From positions 1,820 to 65,819 of the IMG/VR virus record IMGVR_UViG_3300032893_000039: a stretch of 64,000 nucleotides of DNA; one strand, written 5' to 3'. Below are positions 25,245 through 35,563 of the stretch, piece by piece. The notes below the pieces were generated by a model. That model was not told where the DNA came from. It ran no database searches and saw only the letters and a list, made by a program, of their open reading frames with translations. Both the position numbers and the translations under genes were made by a program. Position 1 is the first letter of the stretch, and each line of letters opens with the position of its first letter. The stretch is from a virus. Lineage: Duplodnaviria > Caudoviricetes.

Positions 25245-26090
25245 ATGGGCAAGCTTCTTGGGCCAAACGTCAGCGCCTTTGGGAATATTCCCACTGGCGA
25301 TCAGGCTAATTCATTAGTAACCGGAACCATCACTGCCATTGGCCCTCAAGCGCCCCTCAATCTCTACGGCCCTTTCAATGTAACTCTTTGGGCCAATGTT
25401 AACACTGCCCTAACTACAACCGCTTTAAGTCTCACTGCCTCTGTAGCTTCTGGTTCCGGCCTTGCCTCGGGCGACGCCATTAATAGTACTCTCGTCCCTT
25501 CTGGTACTACCGCAAGTGTTATTTCCGGCACAACTGTAACTCTTGCCGTACCACCTATTACTCTAACCGGCGACATCAATCCTACAGACGCCAACGTCAG
25601 AAACGTCAATAACACAACTGGCCTTCTCGGCGCCACTGTTACCGACCTAAATGGCTACATCCCGTCCAGCACTACTGTTACTAAGATAGTCCAAGCGGCA
25701 ATTGTTCCAAGTGGCAATAATCCAGGTCAGCAGGGAATTATCACTCTTTCCCACCAACCAACGCCGCCCGCACCTATTAGTAACTATGCAATGTCATTCG
25801 CCCGCAACGGAAATGCAATTACTGCAAGTGGCACTGACTCCTCTGCTACATTCACCGGCTCTGGTATCACCCCTACCGGCACTACCAATCTTGAAAAATC
25901 TTTCGACGGCGGTTCTACCTGGATAGTATGTCAAACATACACCACCTCCACCACAACCACCTATTATAACGAGCCGGAAAAAGGCGTTGCCTACCGCCTC
26001 AACAATACAATCTTTAGTGCAAATATTCAGTATCGCATTTCTGCAACTGGCGGCGCGGCGATGAGTATCTCCACTCCGTCCCCTGTGTAA
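25245..26090 (+). CDS. Thr/Ser/Gly-rich beta-strand virion protein
   Basis: LEKSFDGGSTW motif; composition. Confidence 0.65.
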   Translation: MGKLLGPNVSAFGNIPTGDQANSLVTGTITAIGPQAPLNLYGPFNVTLWANVNTALTTTALSLTASVASGSGLASGDAINSTLVPSGTTASVISGTTVTLAVPPITLTGDINPTDANVRNVNNTTGLLGATVTDLNGYIPSSTTVTKIVQAAIVPSGNNPGQQGIITLSHQPTPPAPISNYAMSFARNGNAITASGTDSSATFTGSGITPTGTTNLEKSFDGGSTWIVCQTYTTSTTTTYYNEPEKGVAYRLNNTIFSANIQYRISATGGAAMSISTPSPV

Positions 26091-26102
26091 GAGGATTATA
26101 CT

Positions 26103-26570
26103 ATGACAGCCACTCCTTCAGTTCCGGGTGCAATTAACGTAGCTTCTGACTCATTAACCGGCAACGAAATTGTACCTATCGCCACGGGCGGCCCACAGTC
26201 GGCTCAGACTACTACACAAGCTATTGCCAATCTTAATTCTAAAAACACCACAGCTAACTTCACCGCCCTTACAACGACTTCAATTAACACTCTTTCTACA
26301 GTTAATCTTACTGGATTGAGTGTGACTGGCATTGCAACATTAAGCACTGCATCAATTGCAAACTTGACTGCAACTGCATTGTCTAACCTTACCACTGTAA
26401 ATATGACATCTCTTACAACAACTGCAATGAATGCAATCTCAGCTGCGCCGTCTTCAACACTTACTACTACCCAAGTCGCCGCAATTACAACTACTGCTTT
26501 TGGTGGCCTTACTACAACTCAAGTCGCTGCCTTGGCTAATATCTTTGTTGTTAAATTCGGTGCCTTGTAA
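26103..26570 (+). CDS. Thr-rich repetitive virion protein
   Basis: LTGNEIV...TTTQAIANL; LTTT repeats. Confidence 0.65.
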   Translation: MTATPSVPGAINVASDSLTGNEIVPIATGGPQSAQTTTQAIANLNSKNTTANFTALTTTSINTLSTVNLTGLSVTGIATLSTASIANLTATALSNLTTVNMTSLTTTAMNAISAAPSSTLTTTQVAAITTTAFGGLTTTQVAALANIFVVKFGAL

Positions 26571-26607
26571 CTCTTTTTCTCTTTAAATCTTGTTAACGGA
26601 GTTTAAA

Positions 26608-27123
26608 ATGAATCTCAAATCTCGTCTCAAGACTTTTCTTACCGGCGCGGCCGGCGCGGCAGTTGCAGTTGTACTCATTGCCGCTACGCCTAATGGCGTT
26701 CTTACTACCAATGTCATCCCTACCGTTACTAATGTTGGTACTACTGATCTCTTTCAAGACGTAGTTGGTGGTCAGCCGGCGGCTGGGCGTGTCTTTGCAA
26801 CCGCTGCACAGATTAACGGTGTCCAGGGTTACTATAACATGGGCGCGTTTAACACCACCTCGGCCAGCTATACTGTCGGCAATGCTGTAACCAATGTCTT
26901 CGGTTATCCTTCTGGCACTGCAACTCTTGTCACTCTTACTATGCCAGCTTCACCTGGTGACGGTCAGCGTGTCTGCTTCCTTTCTACTCAAACTACCTCC
27001 ACTCTTACCTTTACTGCCAATACCGGCCAGACCGTTACTAACGGGCCGACCGCGGGCGTTGCCAATGTGCCCCTCTGCATGACCTACGTAGCCTCCATTG
27101 CCACTTGGGAACGGTCAAACTAA
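26608..27123 (+). CDS. putative structural protein with N-terminal signal/TM segment
   Basis: Basic N-terminus + GAAGAAVAVVLIAA; TMPASPGDGQRV fibre-tip-like motif. Confidence 0.65.
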   Translation: MNLKSRLKTFLTGAAGAAVAVVLIAATPNGVLTTNVIPTVTNVGTTDLFQDVVGGQPAAGRVFATAAQINGVQGYYNMGAFNTTSASYTVGNAVTNVFGYPSGTATLVTLTMPASPGDGQRVCFLSTQTTSTLTFTANTGQTVTNGPTAGVANVPLCMTYVASIATWERSN

Positions 27124-27308
27124 TGCCACCCGTCTCCGAAGCACAACGCCGATGGGCTTGGGCTAATAAGAATAAAAAGACTAAAGAGGGCCGCGCGGCG
27201 GCTGAATTTGCCAAAGCCGACCAAGGCGGAAAATTACCAGCAAAGGTAACGGCAGATGGCAAATCCAAACCTGCTCGACGCAAGTCGCTCTACAATAGGA
27301 GCACGTAA
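27123..27308 (+). CDS. small basic protein
   Basis: MPPVSEAQRRWAWA, a common phage head-region peptide type. Confidence 0.65.
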   Translation: MPPVSEAQRRWAWANKNKKTKEGRAAAEFAKADQGGKLPAKVTADGKSKPARRKSLYNRST

Positions 27309-27309
27309 G

Positions 27310-27543
27310 ATGGCTAAAAAGTGGGTAAAAAAGGCAGATTTCCATCCTGGCGGTGAAAAGGGTAAGCTTCATCGAGAACTTGGCGTGCCCGAAGGTGAAA
27401 AAATTCCTCCCGCCAAGCTCGCCTCTGCTTTGCATAGTAAAGATACCGAAACCCGCAACGACGCCATCCGCGCTAAAACTATGATGGGCTGGCGACACAC
27501 TGGGCCGAAGAAAGGCCACAAGCATTCCCTTTATAGGAGCTAA
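27310..27543 (+). CDS. small basic protein
   Basis: KGKLHRELGVPEGEKIP; AGGAG SD. Confidence 0.7.
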   Translation: MAKKWVKKADFHPGGEKGKLHRELGVPEGEKIPPAKLASALHSKDTETRNDAIRAKTMMGWRHTGPKKGHKHSLYRS

Positions 27544-27547
27544 GATT

Positions 27548-28084
27548 ATGGCAGAAGAAAAGAAGGAAGAGAGGAAGCCCGAGCGCAAGGGGCTTTATAA
27601 TAAGCCGGCTGAAAAGAAGGAAGAGGGAAAGAAAGAGCCTGAGCCAATGAAAAGGGTTGAGGAAGCGAAGGCGGGCGATAAGAAAGAGCCCGAAGGTGGT
27701 ATGCGCGGGCGTCATGCTACTGAGCGTAAGGATATGCACAAGCGCCATGAAGACGAGCGCCGCAACGCCCACGCCATGCACCGTGAAGAACATCGTACTA
27801 TCCATGAACGCCATGAAAAAGAGCACGCAGAAGTAAAAGAAGGCGATCATAAGTCCCTAATGGCCCTTCATCGTAGACATGAACTTGAGCACCACGAAAC
27901 TCATCATAGACATATGAAGGCTCACGCTGAAATGCATCATCGGCATATGGAAGAACGCCATAAGATGCATACCCGCCATGAGCAAGAAATGATGGGCGGA
28001 GATGCAGCAGTAGGTGCTGGCGAACAGCCAAGTGGCGGCGCTCCAACTCCATCCCCCGTCGCGCCGCCCGCCGCAGGGAGCTAA
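27548..28084 (+). CDS. His/Glu/Arg-rich helical protein
   Basis: Periodic His (MHKRHE, MHRE, IHERHE, MHHRHM, MHTRHE). Confidence 0.75.
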   Translation: MAEEKKEERKPERKGLYNKPAEKKEEGKKEPEPMKRVEEAKAGDKKEPEGGMRGRHATERKDMHKRHEDERRNAHAMHREEHRTIHERHEKEHAEVKEGDHKSLMALHRRHELEHHETHHRHMKAHAEMHHRHMEERHKMHTRHEQEMMGGDAAVGAGEQPSGGAPTPSPVAPPAAGS

Positions 28085-28088
28085 TACT

Positions 28089-28445
28089 ATGGCCTTCTTA
28101 GAACTCCACAATATGGAACTAACAGATGAGGAGAAGATAGACGCTTCTCCTTGGCTCTTTCCTAAATCTGACGAAGAAAAGGCAATGGAGAAGCTTGCTA
28201 CTCCTGAGTATCCCTATGGTCTTCGCATTTCCCTAACCCAAGCTGAATTTGACAAGCTTGGCCTCGACCCTGCCGATGCCTTCGTTGGTGCCATCTTCCA
28301 CGGCCACTTTATCGCCCGCGTTACTTGTTGTTCTTGCAGTGAAGATAGTAATGGCAAAAACGCCCGCGTCGAGGCCCAAATCGAAGACCTCTGTATCGAA
28401 TCCGAAGATGAAGAAGATGAGGAAGAAGAGGCCATTGAAAAGTAA
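28089..28445 (+). CDS. putative capsid staple-like protein
   Basis: EYPYGLRISLTQAEFDKLG...VEAQIEDL; GGGAG SD. Confidence 0.6.
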   Translation: MAFLELHNMELTDEEKIDASPWLFPKSDEEKAMEKLATPEYPYGLRISLTQAEFDKLGLDPADAFVGAIFHGHFIARVTCCSCSEDSNGKNARVEAQIEDLCIESEDEEDEEEEAIEK

Positions 28446-28476
28446 ATAGATTGATACAACTTGGAGACTATTTAAA

Positions 28477-31400
28477 ATGAAACCCAATCTATTGCGCGCG
28501 GCCCTTCTTTCTACTCTTCTTTCCCTTCCGCTACTCACTTCTGCCCAATCTCCCATGCTTCAGGCTGGGCCGTGGTCCGCTGGTCATGTACCTATGTACA
28601 TCGGCAACGGCTCTGGCTCTCCCGCCATGCTTGATAGTGGCCCCGCTGCGGGCGGCCAATATGGCGTTGGCCTTACCGAACTCGGTCTTACTATCCAGGG
28701 CAGTGGCAGCGCCCCTTTTGCTAATACTGGCACCGGCCCCTTTAATTCCAATCTTTGCGACTACGACGGCCCCATTACCGGCCCTAATCACTTCCTCTGC
28801 TTCAGCCCTAATGCCCAAGGTGGTGGCCTCATTGCCTACGGAGCCCAAGGCGGCGCGACTCCTCTCCCTCTCTACTTCAACATCAATGGCACTCAATCCT
28901 CCGGCTTTCCAGTAATTCCATTAGCTACTACCAGTCAACTATACGGCGGTAGTGGAGTAGCGGGCCAGGCACAGGCAGTAAATGTGGGGTCTGGACTAAC
29001 GCTTAGCGGTGGAACTCTTTCTGCCACAACAGGTAATTACGTAACCGGCCCCGGCACTACAGTAAGTGGTTACGTTCCTCAGTATAATGGTACTAGCGGC
29101 AACGTCCTTGGCATTGGTCTTCCGGTAGGTCTTACCGGATCAAATACCATAATCCAAACCAATAATGCCGGCCAACTCTCCAACTCCTTCTTTCCCACTG
29201 CCACTAATCTCCAATTCGGTATGGTGAAGCCGGACAATTCTACTATCACAGTGTCCGGCGGCGTAATTTCTACTGCTGGCACCTCTGGTCAATATAACAC
29301 TGGCACTTCCGGCGCAACTGTGCCGCTGAATAATGGCGGATTTACGCAGAGCGGAACAGCTACGTTTACCGGCACCGTCAATCTTGATTCATCCACCTAT
29401 ACACCAATCAATAATGCAACATATTCCAGAGTTCTCGCCAGTCTTGCAACAGACAATTACGACATAAAAGATTGGGGTGATGCAGGAACTTGCTCATCTG
29501 ATTCTGATGATACATCGGCGTTTAATTCTGCGATTTCCGCAATATCAACGGCGATGGGTGGTAATGGTAATGTTGGTGTACTGACTTATTCTGGATCATG
29601 TCATGTTTGTGGATTGACGATTAAGAGAAATGTCATTCTGAAGGGTAATGGTGGAACCATCACCGTTACCAATGGATGCGTCACCTCTCCGCCGATTGCA
29701 TCGGAGAACTACTCTACCCTGGCAAACAGCGGTTTGGAATGCGGGGTTGATTCTCGCGTTCCATCTTGGTTTGGTTTTTGGGATGCGCACATTAACTGTA
29801 ACGCTGCTGGCGCTTCATATACTGGAGCCTGCGTTGCCACCTATGGCCCCGCTCAAATTTGGCATGGAACGGTATTAATTGAAAACGGCCTTAACGATCC
29901 AATGGTCGTTACTCAAGACGATAGTACTGGAAATTCCAGCACCGGCCCTCAGTGTCAAGAAGAGGGATACTTCGATGATATTGTACTACGCTCCGGTGCT
30001 GGTAGGGGCTGGCTTTTCGAGGGGCCGCATGACAGCGTAATTAAGTCAATTACTGGTGCTTTCAATGGTAGTTATAGCTTCTATACAGAAAATGGAACTA
30101 ATACTGCTGGATCTATCGATCATCTTGGGTCTATTCATACTTATGCCGAAACAAATGGTATGGGCATTTACATTGGGTCAGACTTCCGCGCTGACTTCGT
30201 AATGATTGATGGAGACCAGCTTACAGTTCCCAGTAATGACGCACACATAACTCAATTAAACGCTATTGGCTGCACCTCAACCGCATCGCCATGTGTAAAC
30301 TGGTCCGGTAATTTTGGCAGTGTCGATGCATATACTGGCTACTACTATACCGGCACGACCGGCTCAACCCTGGTAAATTGGTCGGGGTCTTCCGGTGTAA
30401 TGGGGCAGGGCTTGTATACCGGAAATGGCGGCTCAACCAATCTTGGCTTTGTAACCACTGCCGCTAATGGTCAATTTACCAATCAATTAGCTACTGGTTT
30501 CAGTGGTACCGGAAGTGTCGCCGTATCTCTTGGCGGTCACGATAATTCGTTTGTTGGGCAGAGCTATACCAATAATACGCATTTATTATATACCGGCTCT
30601 GGTGCTAACTTCGTCAATATGAATATTTATACAGCTTCAGGTGAAACAGGGATTAGCGGTTCAGCCAATTCCACTGATAGATTTAACATTAGCGAGCACG
30701 GAAATACCACATCTTACTATGCAGATTTCCCAGGTTCAATAACTGCACAGGGAATTATTGAGAGTTTAAGTGAACTAGAGGTTGTAAGTTCTAATGCATT
30801 GCAGGCAAACTTTCAATCGCAGGGATCAAATCAGGCAACAATATATATAAATAATGCAGCGGGTAGCCAGGGTTCTGAAATACAATTCCTCGACGCGGGA
30901 ACCACTAAATGGTATGCCGGAATGAACACATCTAAAGGATATGCTATTTTTGACTCTGCAAATTCTGCTAATGCCTTTATAACGACTTCTGCTGGAGCAA
31001 CCACGGTTGGCGAAAGTGGTAATACAGTTACATTGAATGGGAACACAACAGTAAATGGCATTTTAACCGGAACAGAAGTTGTAGGTTCAAGCGCAACGGC
31101 GTTACAAGGGAATTTTCAATCAAGCGGCTCACATCAGGCCACAGTGCAGATCAATAACGCCGCAGGTAGTCAAGGATCAGAGATAACATTCCTCGACGCC
31201 GGAACTACTAAGTGGACCGTCGGTGACAATACCTCTAATAGCTTTGCTATCTATGACAATACCCAATCGGCAAATGCCATTTCCGTAACTTCTAGCGGCA
31301 ACGTGTCGATAGGTGAATCTTCAAAGACGGTTTCCCTGCCCAATATTGCAACCGGCACTTCTGCCCTTGACTATCTCTGCTGGAATGCCTCGGGTGGAGC

Positions 31401-31779
31401 GGTAACTGCCGATGGTTCTGGAACCTGCTTGACCTCGCTTGAGGAACAAAAAGACAATCTCGGCTACATGGTTCCAGATGACGCTCTTTCCGAGGTTCTG
31501 CAACTCAAACCCTTTTGGGGCAAGTATAAGGACGAAATTACCAGCGTCTCCGACCATCGCGTTCACGCCATGTTCGGCGCACATCAGGTTGAGAGTATCG
31601 ATCCGCGCCTTGCTTCCTATGATGGAAACGGCGATCTTCACGGCGTGCGCTATATGGAAATGAGCGTACTGAATAACGCAGCAATTAAGGCGCTGACAGC
31701 TAAGATCGACGCTCAGGCAAAGCAAATCGAGGATTTGACCGCGCTGGTGAAGAAGCTCACCGAACAACAGTTACAGTAG
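28477..31779 (+). CDS. tail spike/fibre 1: signal-peptide-like N-terminus, beta-helix, C-terminal S74-like intramolecular chaperone
   Basis: IKDWG...DDTSAFNSAI beta-helix entry; TSLEEQKDN...LKP...FGAHQVE...VRYMEM + coiled coil. Confidence 0.8.
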   Translation: MKPNLLRAALLSTLLSLPLLTSAQSPMLQAGPWSAGHVPMYIGNGSGSPAMLDSGPAAGGQYGVGLTELGLTIQGSGSAPFANTGTGPFNSNLCDYDGPITGPNHFLCFSPNAQGGGLIAYGAQGGATPLPLYFNINGTQSSGFPVIPLATTSQLYGGSGVAGQAQAVNVGSGLTLSGGTLSATTGNYVTGPGTTVSGYVPQYNGTSGNVLGIGLPVGLTGSNTIIQTNNAGQLSNSFFPTATNLQFGMVKPDNSTITVSGGVISTAGTSGQYNTGTSGATVPLNNGGFTQSGTATFTGTVNLDSSTYTPINNATYSRVLASLATDNYDIKDWGDAGTCSSDSDDTSAFNSAISAISTAMGGNGNVGVLTYSGSCHVCGLTIKRNVILKGNGGTITVTNGCVTSPPIASENYSTLANSGLECGVDSRVPSWFGFWDAHINCNAAGASYTGACVATYGPAQIWHGTVLIENGLNDPMVVTQDDSTGNSSTGPQCQEEGYFDDIVLRSGAGRGWLFEGPHDSVIKSITGAFNGSYSFYTENGTNTAGSIDHLGSIHTYAETNGMGIYIGSDFRADFVMIDGDQLTVPSNDAHITQLNAIGCTSTASPCVNWSGNFGSVDAYTGYYYTGTTGSTLVNWSGSSGVMGQGLYTGNGGSTNLGFVTTAANGQFTNQLATGFSGTGSVAVSLGGHDNSFVGQSYTNNTHLLYTGSGANFVNMNIYTASGETGISGSANSTDRFNISEHGNTTSYYADFPGSITAQGIIESLSELEVVSSNALQANFQSQGSNQATIYINNAAGSQGSEIQFLDAGTTKWYAGMNTSKGYAIFDSANSANAFITTSAGATTVGESGNTVTLNGNTTVNGILTGTEVVGSSATALQGNFQSSGSHQATVQINNAAGSQGSEITFLDAGTTKWTVGDNTSNSFAIYDNTQSANAISVTSSGNVSIGESSKTVSLPNIATGTSALDYLCWNASGGAVTADGSGTCLTSLEEQKDNLGYMVPDDALSEVLQLKPFWGKYKDEITSVSDHRVHAMFGAHQVESIDPRLASYDGNGDLHGVRYMEMSVLNNAAIKALTAKIDAQAKQIEDLTALVKKLTEQQLQ

Positions 31780-31790
31780 GAATTCAAACT

Positions 31791-34700
31791 ATGAATAAGT
31801 TTCTTAGAAAGCTTGTAGCTGTTACAATTTTGGCAATGCCGAGTGTAACGTTCGCACAAAGCTCTGTGCTGCAAAACGGCCAATGGTCTTTCGGCCACAT
31901 GCCGATGTATAGTAATAGAGGCGGTGGTCAACCTACGGTAAGTGATGCGGGCGCTGCGAGGGGCGGTAACGCGGGCGCTACACCAAATGAACTAGCCCTT
32001 ACTGCTATCGGCTCTGGCAATCCTCCCTATGCCGGCACCGGCACCGGCCCCTACGGAACTAACTTCTGTGACTATGATGGCCCGGCGACTGGAACCAACT
32101 ATCACTATCTCTGTCTCTCCGCCGACGCACAAGGTGGCGGTCTACTCGCCTTCGGAGCTGCTGGCCTTGCGCCCCAAATCCCGCTCAACTTTATAGTAAA
32201 CGGCGTCAAATACACTTTCCCCTTCGGCTCAGGCGGTGGCATTGTCGGACCAAATTCCAGTACCATCGGCGATGCAAGTTGCTGGGGCAATACTGTCGGC
32301 ACATTACTTACTGACTGCGGCAAGTTTCCTGTATCCGCCAGCCCGAGCGCCCAGGTCGGAAATACTACTGTAAACGGGTCCGCCGCTACTTTCATGCGTT
32401 CCGATGCTGCGCCCGCCCTTGCGCCCGGAGCCGCACTTGCCAATATTGGCTCAGGCAACATCACCAATTCCTACCTCTCCACCCCTTCAATGATCATCTC
32501 TGGACAAAACTGTACACTCGGCGGTTCCTGCATTGTCCCCACAGGCGGCCTCACCCCTATTCCACCATACACAGTTATCGGCAACGATACGGGCAGTTCC
32601 GCCGCGCCATCCGACCTAACCCAAATCCAACTTACGTCACTTATTAATCCCTTCAGTACTTCTGCTTCAGGTGCGGTGCCGGTATCGCCGGGCGGCAGTT
32701 CACTTTTCCTTCGCGCTGATGGTACTTGGTCACTTGCTGGGGCGAGCGCGTCGGGGCAAAATTACTCCACTCAAGTAAATGTAAGTGGTGCTTTGGTAGG
32801 TATAGGGCCTGGAACTAATCTCTATCCATATGTATCTAGTGGCAGCGGTGGTGTACCTACCTTCGCCCCACTCACCTCTGCCGGCATGTCTTCTACTGGT
32901 GTAGCCGCCGGTTCCTACACTAATACTTCTCTAACTGTAGATAGTGCCGGGCGTATCACTGCCGCTAGTAATGGTTCCGGCACTGGTCTCCCCTCCCTTG
33001 CTGATACTAAATTTTGGGTTGGTAATGGATCGAGCGTTGCTACTGCGGTATCGATGTCGGGCGATGCAACACTCGCTGATACGGGCGCAATTACTCTTGC
33101 CAATACTGCTGTAACTGCTGGTTCATACACCGCTGCTAATATTACTGTAGATGCAAAAGGTCGAATTACCGCCGCTGCTAATGGTTCTGGTGGATCTAAC
33201 ACTGGTTACATCTACGCCAACGCTGCCTGTAACGGCTCTACCGATGACACTTCTACAATTCAATCAGCACTAACTACTGCGGCGGCAGGTGGTTCGGCCA
33301 ACCCTGTAATTGTCTTATTGCCTGGCGGTACTTGCAAAGTCACTTCTACTTTAAATATGAGCAACAATACCACACTTATCGGCCAGGGTTCTCAGGGCAC
33401 CATTCTCGGCACAACTACTACCACGACAAATGTACTATCACTTACTAATTGTAATTGGTGTAGTATTAGAGACTTAGGCATTAAGCAATTATCAGGTACA
33501 CCTACCGCTGGATATGCCATTTCACTTGACGGTAGTAGTTCTTTCGGCTCCTATCAAAATATTACAATTGATAGCGTGTATAATGGTATTATTGAACAAG
33601 GTACACAAAATGTTTTTGATAATATTGTTATAGGTCAAAATTCTCAGTTAGTAGGCACAAAGGCATTCTATTTTACTGGTAACGCTTATGGTGCGACAAT
33701 TTCTCGATCCACATTTCAAGGAGGGACTAATACAAATTTAGTCGGCATTACGAGTGATTCTAATGCTAATACACTTCGTATTGTACAAACTTCTGTACTT
33801 GAAGGCGGAGCGTGTTTAATTGTAAATGGTACAAATTCCTCGCAAGGTATCTTTACGGTCGTTGACGATTTAGAATGCGATCATAATTCGCCCGGTGCTA
33901 CATCAGCAGCAATTCAATTGAATAACGGCGATAGCTTTCAAATGGTGAATTCATTTGTAGGTACTACTTTAAATGGCGGCGGCATGACTATTGGTGGTAG
34001 TTATACGGGTGAAGTTCAAGTTAATACTACAAGATTTTTTGCTAATTCAACTTATGGTGCGCTTATCAACGGCGGAACACGTAATACCTTTGAGGGAAAT
34101 ATCTTTGCTAATAATTCTATAGTAGGTTCTGGGCTCCATTCTGGCATAGAAGTTGGATCAGGCGTCTCAAATTTTAGCCTTACAAATAACTCCCTTGGTA
34201 ATGGCACAACTGATCCTCAATCCTATGGAATTTTTATTAATTCAGGATCAAGTGATTATTATACTGTTCAGGGTAACTTTGGTACTGGAAATATTAATGG
34301 GTTGATTATTGATGGAGGTACTGGCACGCACAAACTTGTTTGTAATAATGTTCCAGGTAGTGGCTGTGGCGCCGGCGGCGGCGGCGTTAGTAGTATTGCC
34401 AGTGCAAATTCTAATATAATATTTAGCTCATCTACCGGGGCTGTCACTGCTACTCTTGGAAGTGCTGGCGTTGTTAGTGGAATTGACCTATACGACAACA
34501 ACAGCCATGAACTTCTCGGATTCTCCGGAACTTCCGGTACTACATATCTTGGTAACTCTACTGCTTCTGTGGTGAGTAATAACAACCTTCTGCCCAGTAG
34601 CGGAAGCACTTATAATCTCGGCAGCGCCGGCGCTCCATGGAACATTCTATATGCAGGCAGCCTCGGCACAAGTGGAAATTACATCGGCAATGCCTACGTC

Positions 34701-35558
34701 AGCGCAATGAACTTGAATGGCAATCTTACTACAAACGTCACTGGCTCAACTCAATGCTTGCATGTTAATAGCTCCGGTACTGTTTCCGGCACCGGCACTG
34801 ATTGCGGAAGTAGCAGCAGTGGGGTTAGTAGTATTACTAACTCTGACAGTAGTCTTACCATTAGCCCTACCACCGGAGCCGCCGTTGCTAGTATTAATAC
34901 TGGACACGCTAATGCCTGGACTGTGCCACAATTTTTCTGGAATAGCCTTCAAATCGGTAAAACAGGACAGGGTGCAGAAATATCTGCGCAAGGCGGTCTA
35001 AATCTTGTCGGTGTTGATAGTGCCATAACTACAGAATATCTCGGCAACTCTTCTATGTTCTTAGAAGCAAATACTTCATTATTGCCAGCAGTTACAGGTG
35101 CATACAATCTCGGCGCGTCTTCATTCCAGTGGGATTATATCTATCTTGTAAATAGTCCGGTTGTTTCTTCTGATGCGCGGCTCAAAACTAACTATCAAAG
35201 TGAGCCGCTCGGCATTGACTTTATTCGTACCCTTCACCCTGTCTCCTATGATCGCATTGATGAAAATACTAAAAATGGTAGATACCACGGCTTCTTAGCT
35301 CAAGAAGTAGAACAAGCCCTTGCCGGTCAATCATTCCATGGACTTGTAAAGCCAATTTCTGCTGATGATTGTGATAGTAATGTTAAAACCGGCTGCTACG
35401 CACTAGAGTATGAACAATTCATTGCTCCACTTACGCGCGGCGAACAAGATCTTGCGAATGAGGTTGATAAGTTGAAATCAGAGAATGCCGCATTGAAGTC
35501 AATTCTGAAGTCTCTTCCACCTTCCATTTGCCCGGCTTGTGCCACGTTGTCGGAATAA
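31791..35558 (+). CDS. tail spike/fibre 2: signal-peptide-like N-terminus, pectate-lyase-like beta-helix, peptidase S74 chaperone
   Basis: CNGSTDDTSTIQSAL...LPGGTCKV; SSDARLKTN, GFLAQEVE, YEQFIAPL. Confidence 0.85.
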   Translation: MNKFLRKLVAVTILAMPSVTFAQSSVLQNGQWSFGHMPMYSNRGGGQPTVSDAGAARGGNAGATPNELALTAIGSGNPPYAGTGTGPYGTNFCDYDGPATGTNYHYLCLSADAQGGGLLAFGAAGLAPQIPLNFIVNGVKYTFPFGSGGGIVGPNSSTIGDASCWGNTVGTLLTDCGKFPVSASPSAQVGNTTVNGSAATFMRSDAAPALAPGAALANIGSGNITNSYLSTPSMIISGQNCTLGGSCIVPTGGLTPIPPYTVIGNDTGSSAAPSDLTQIQLTSLINPFSTSASGAVPVSPGGSSLFLRADGTWSLAGASASGQNYSTQVNVSGALVGIGPGTNLYPYVSSGSGGVPTFAPLTSAGMSSTGVAAGSYTNTSLTVDSAGRITAASNGSGTGLPSLADTKFWVGNGSSVATAVSMSGDATLADTGAITLANTAVTAGSYTAANITVDAKGRITAAANGSGGSNTGYIYANAACNGSTDDTSTIQSALTTAAAGGSANPVIVLLPGGTCKVTSTLNMSNNTTLIGQGSQGTILGTTTTTTNVLSLTNCNWCSIRDLGIKQLSGTPTAGYAISLDGSSSFGSYQNITIDSVYNGIIEQGTQNVFDNIVIGQNSQLVGTKAFYFTGNAYGATISRSTFQGGTNTNLVGITSDSNANTLRIVQTSVLEGGACLIVNGTNSSQGIFTVVDDLECDHNSPGATSAAIQLNNGDSFQMVNSFVGTTLNGGGMTIGGSYTGEVQVNTTRFFANSTYGALINGGTRNTFEGNIFANNSIVGSGLHSGIEVGSGVSNFSLTNNSLGNGTTDPQSYGIFINSGSSDYYTVQGNFGTGNINGLIIDGGTGTHKLVCNNVPGSGCGAGGGGVSSIASANSNIIFSSSTGAVTATLGSAGVVSGIDLYDNNSHELLGFSGTSGTTYLGNSTASVVSNNNLLPSSGSTYNLGSAGAPWNILYAGSLGTSGNYIGNAYVSAMNLNGNLTTNVTGSTQCLHVNSSGTVSGTGTDCGSSSSGVSSITNSDSSLTISPTTGAAVASINTGHANAWTVPQFFWNSLQIGKTGQGAEISAQGGLNLVGVDSAITTEYLGNSSMFLEANTSLLPAVTGAYNLGASSFQWDYIYLVNSPVVSSDARLKTNYQSEPLGIDFIRTLHPVSYDRIDENTKNGRYHGFLAQEVEQALAGQSFHGLVKPISADDCDSNVKTGCYALEYEQFIAPLTRGEQDLANEVDKLKSENAALKSILKSLPPSICPACATLSE

Positions 35559-35563
35559 AGTAA

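Noticed and set aside
28477-35558. Diversity-generating retroelement as in BPP-1
   Set aside because: No reverse transcriptase ORF and no TR/VR pair seen
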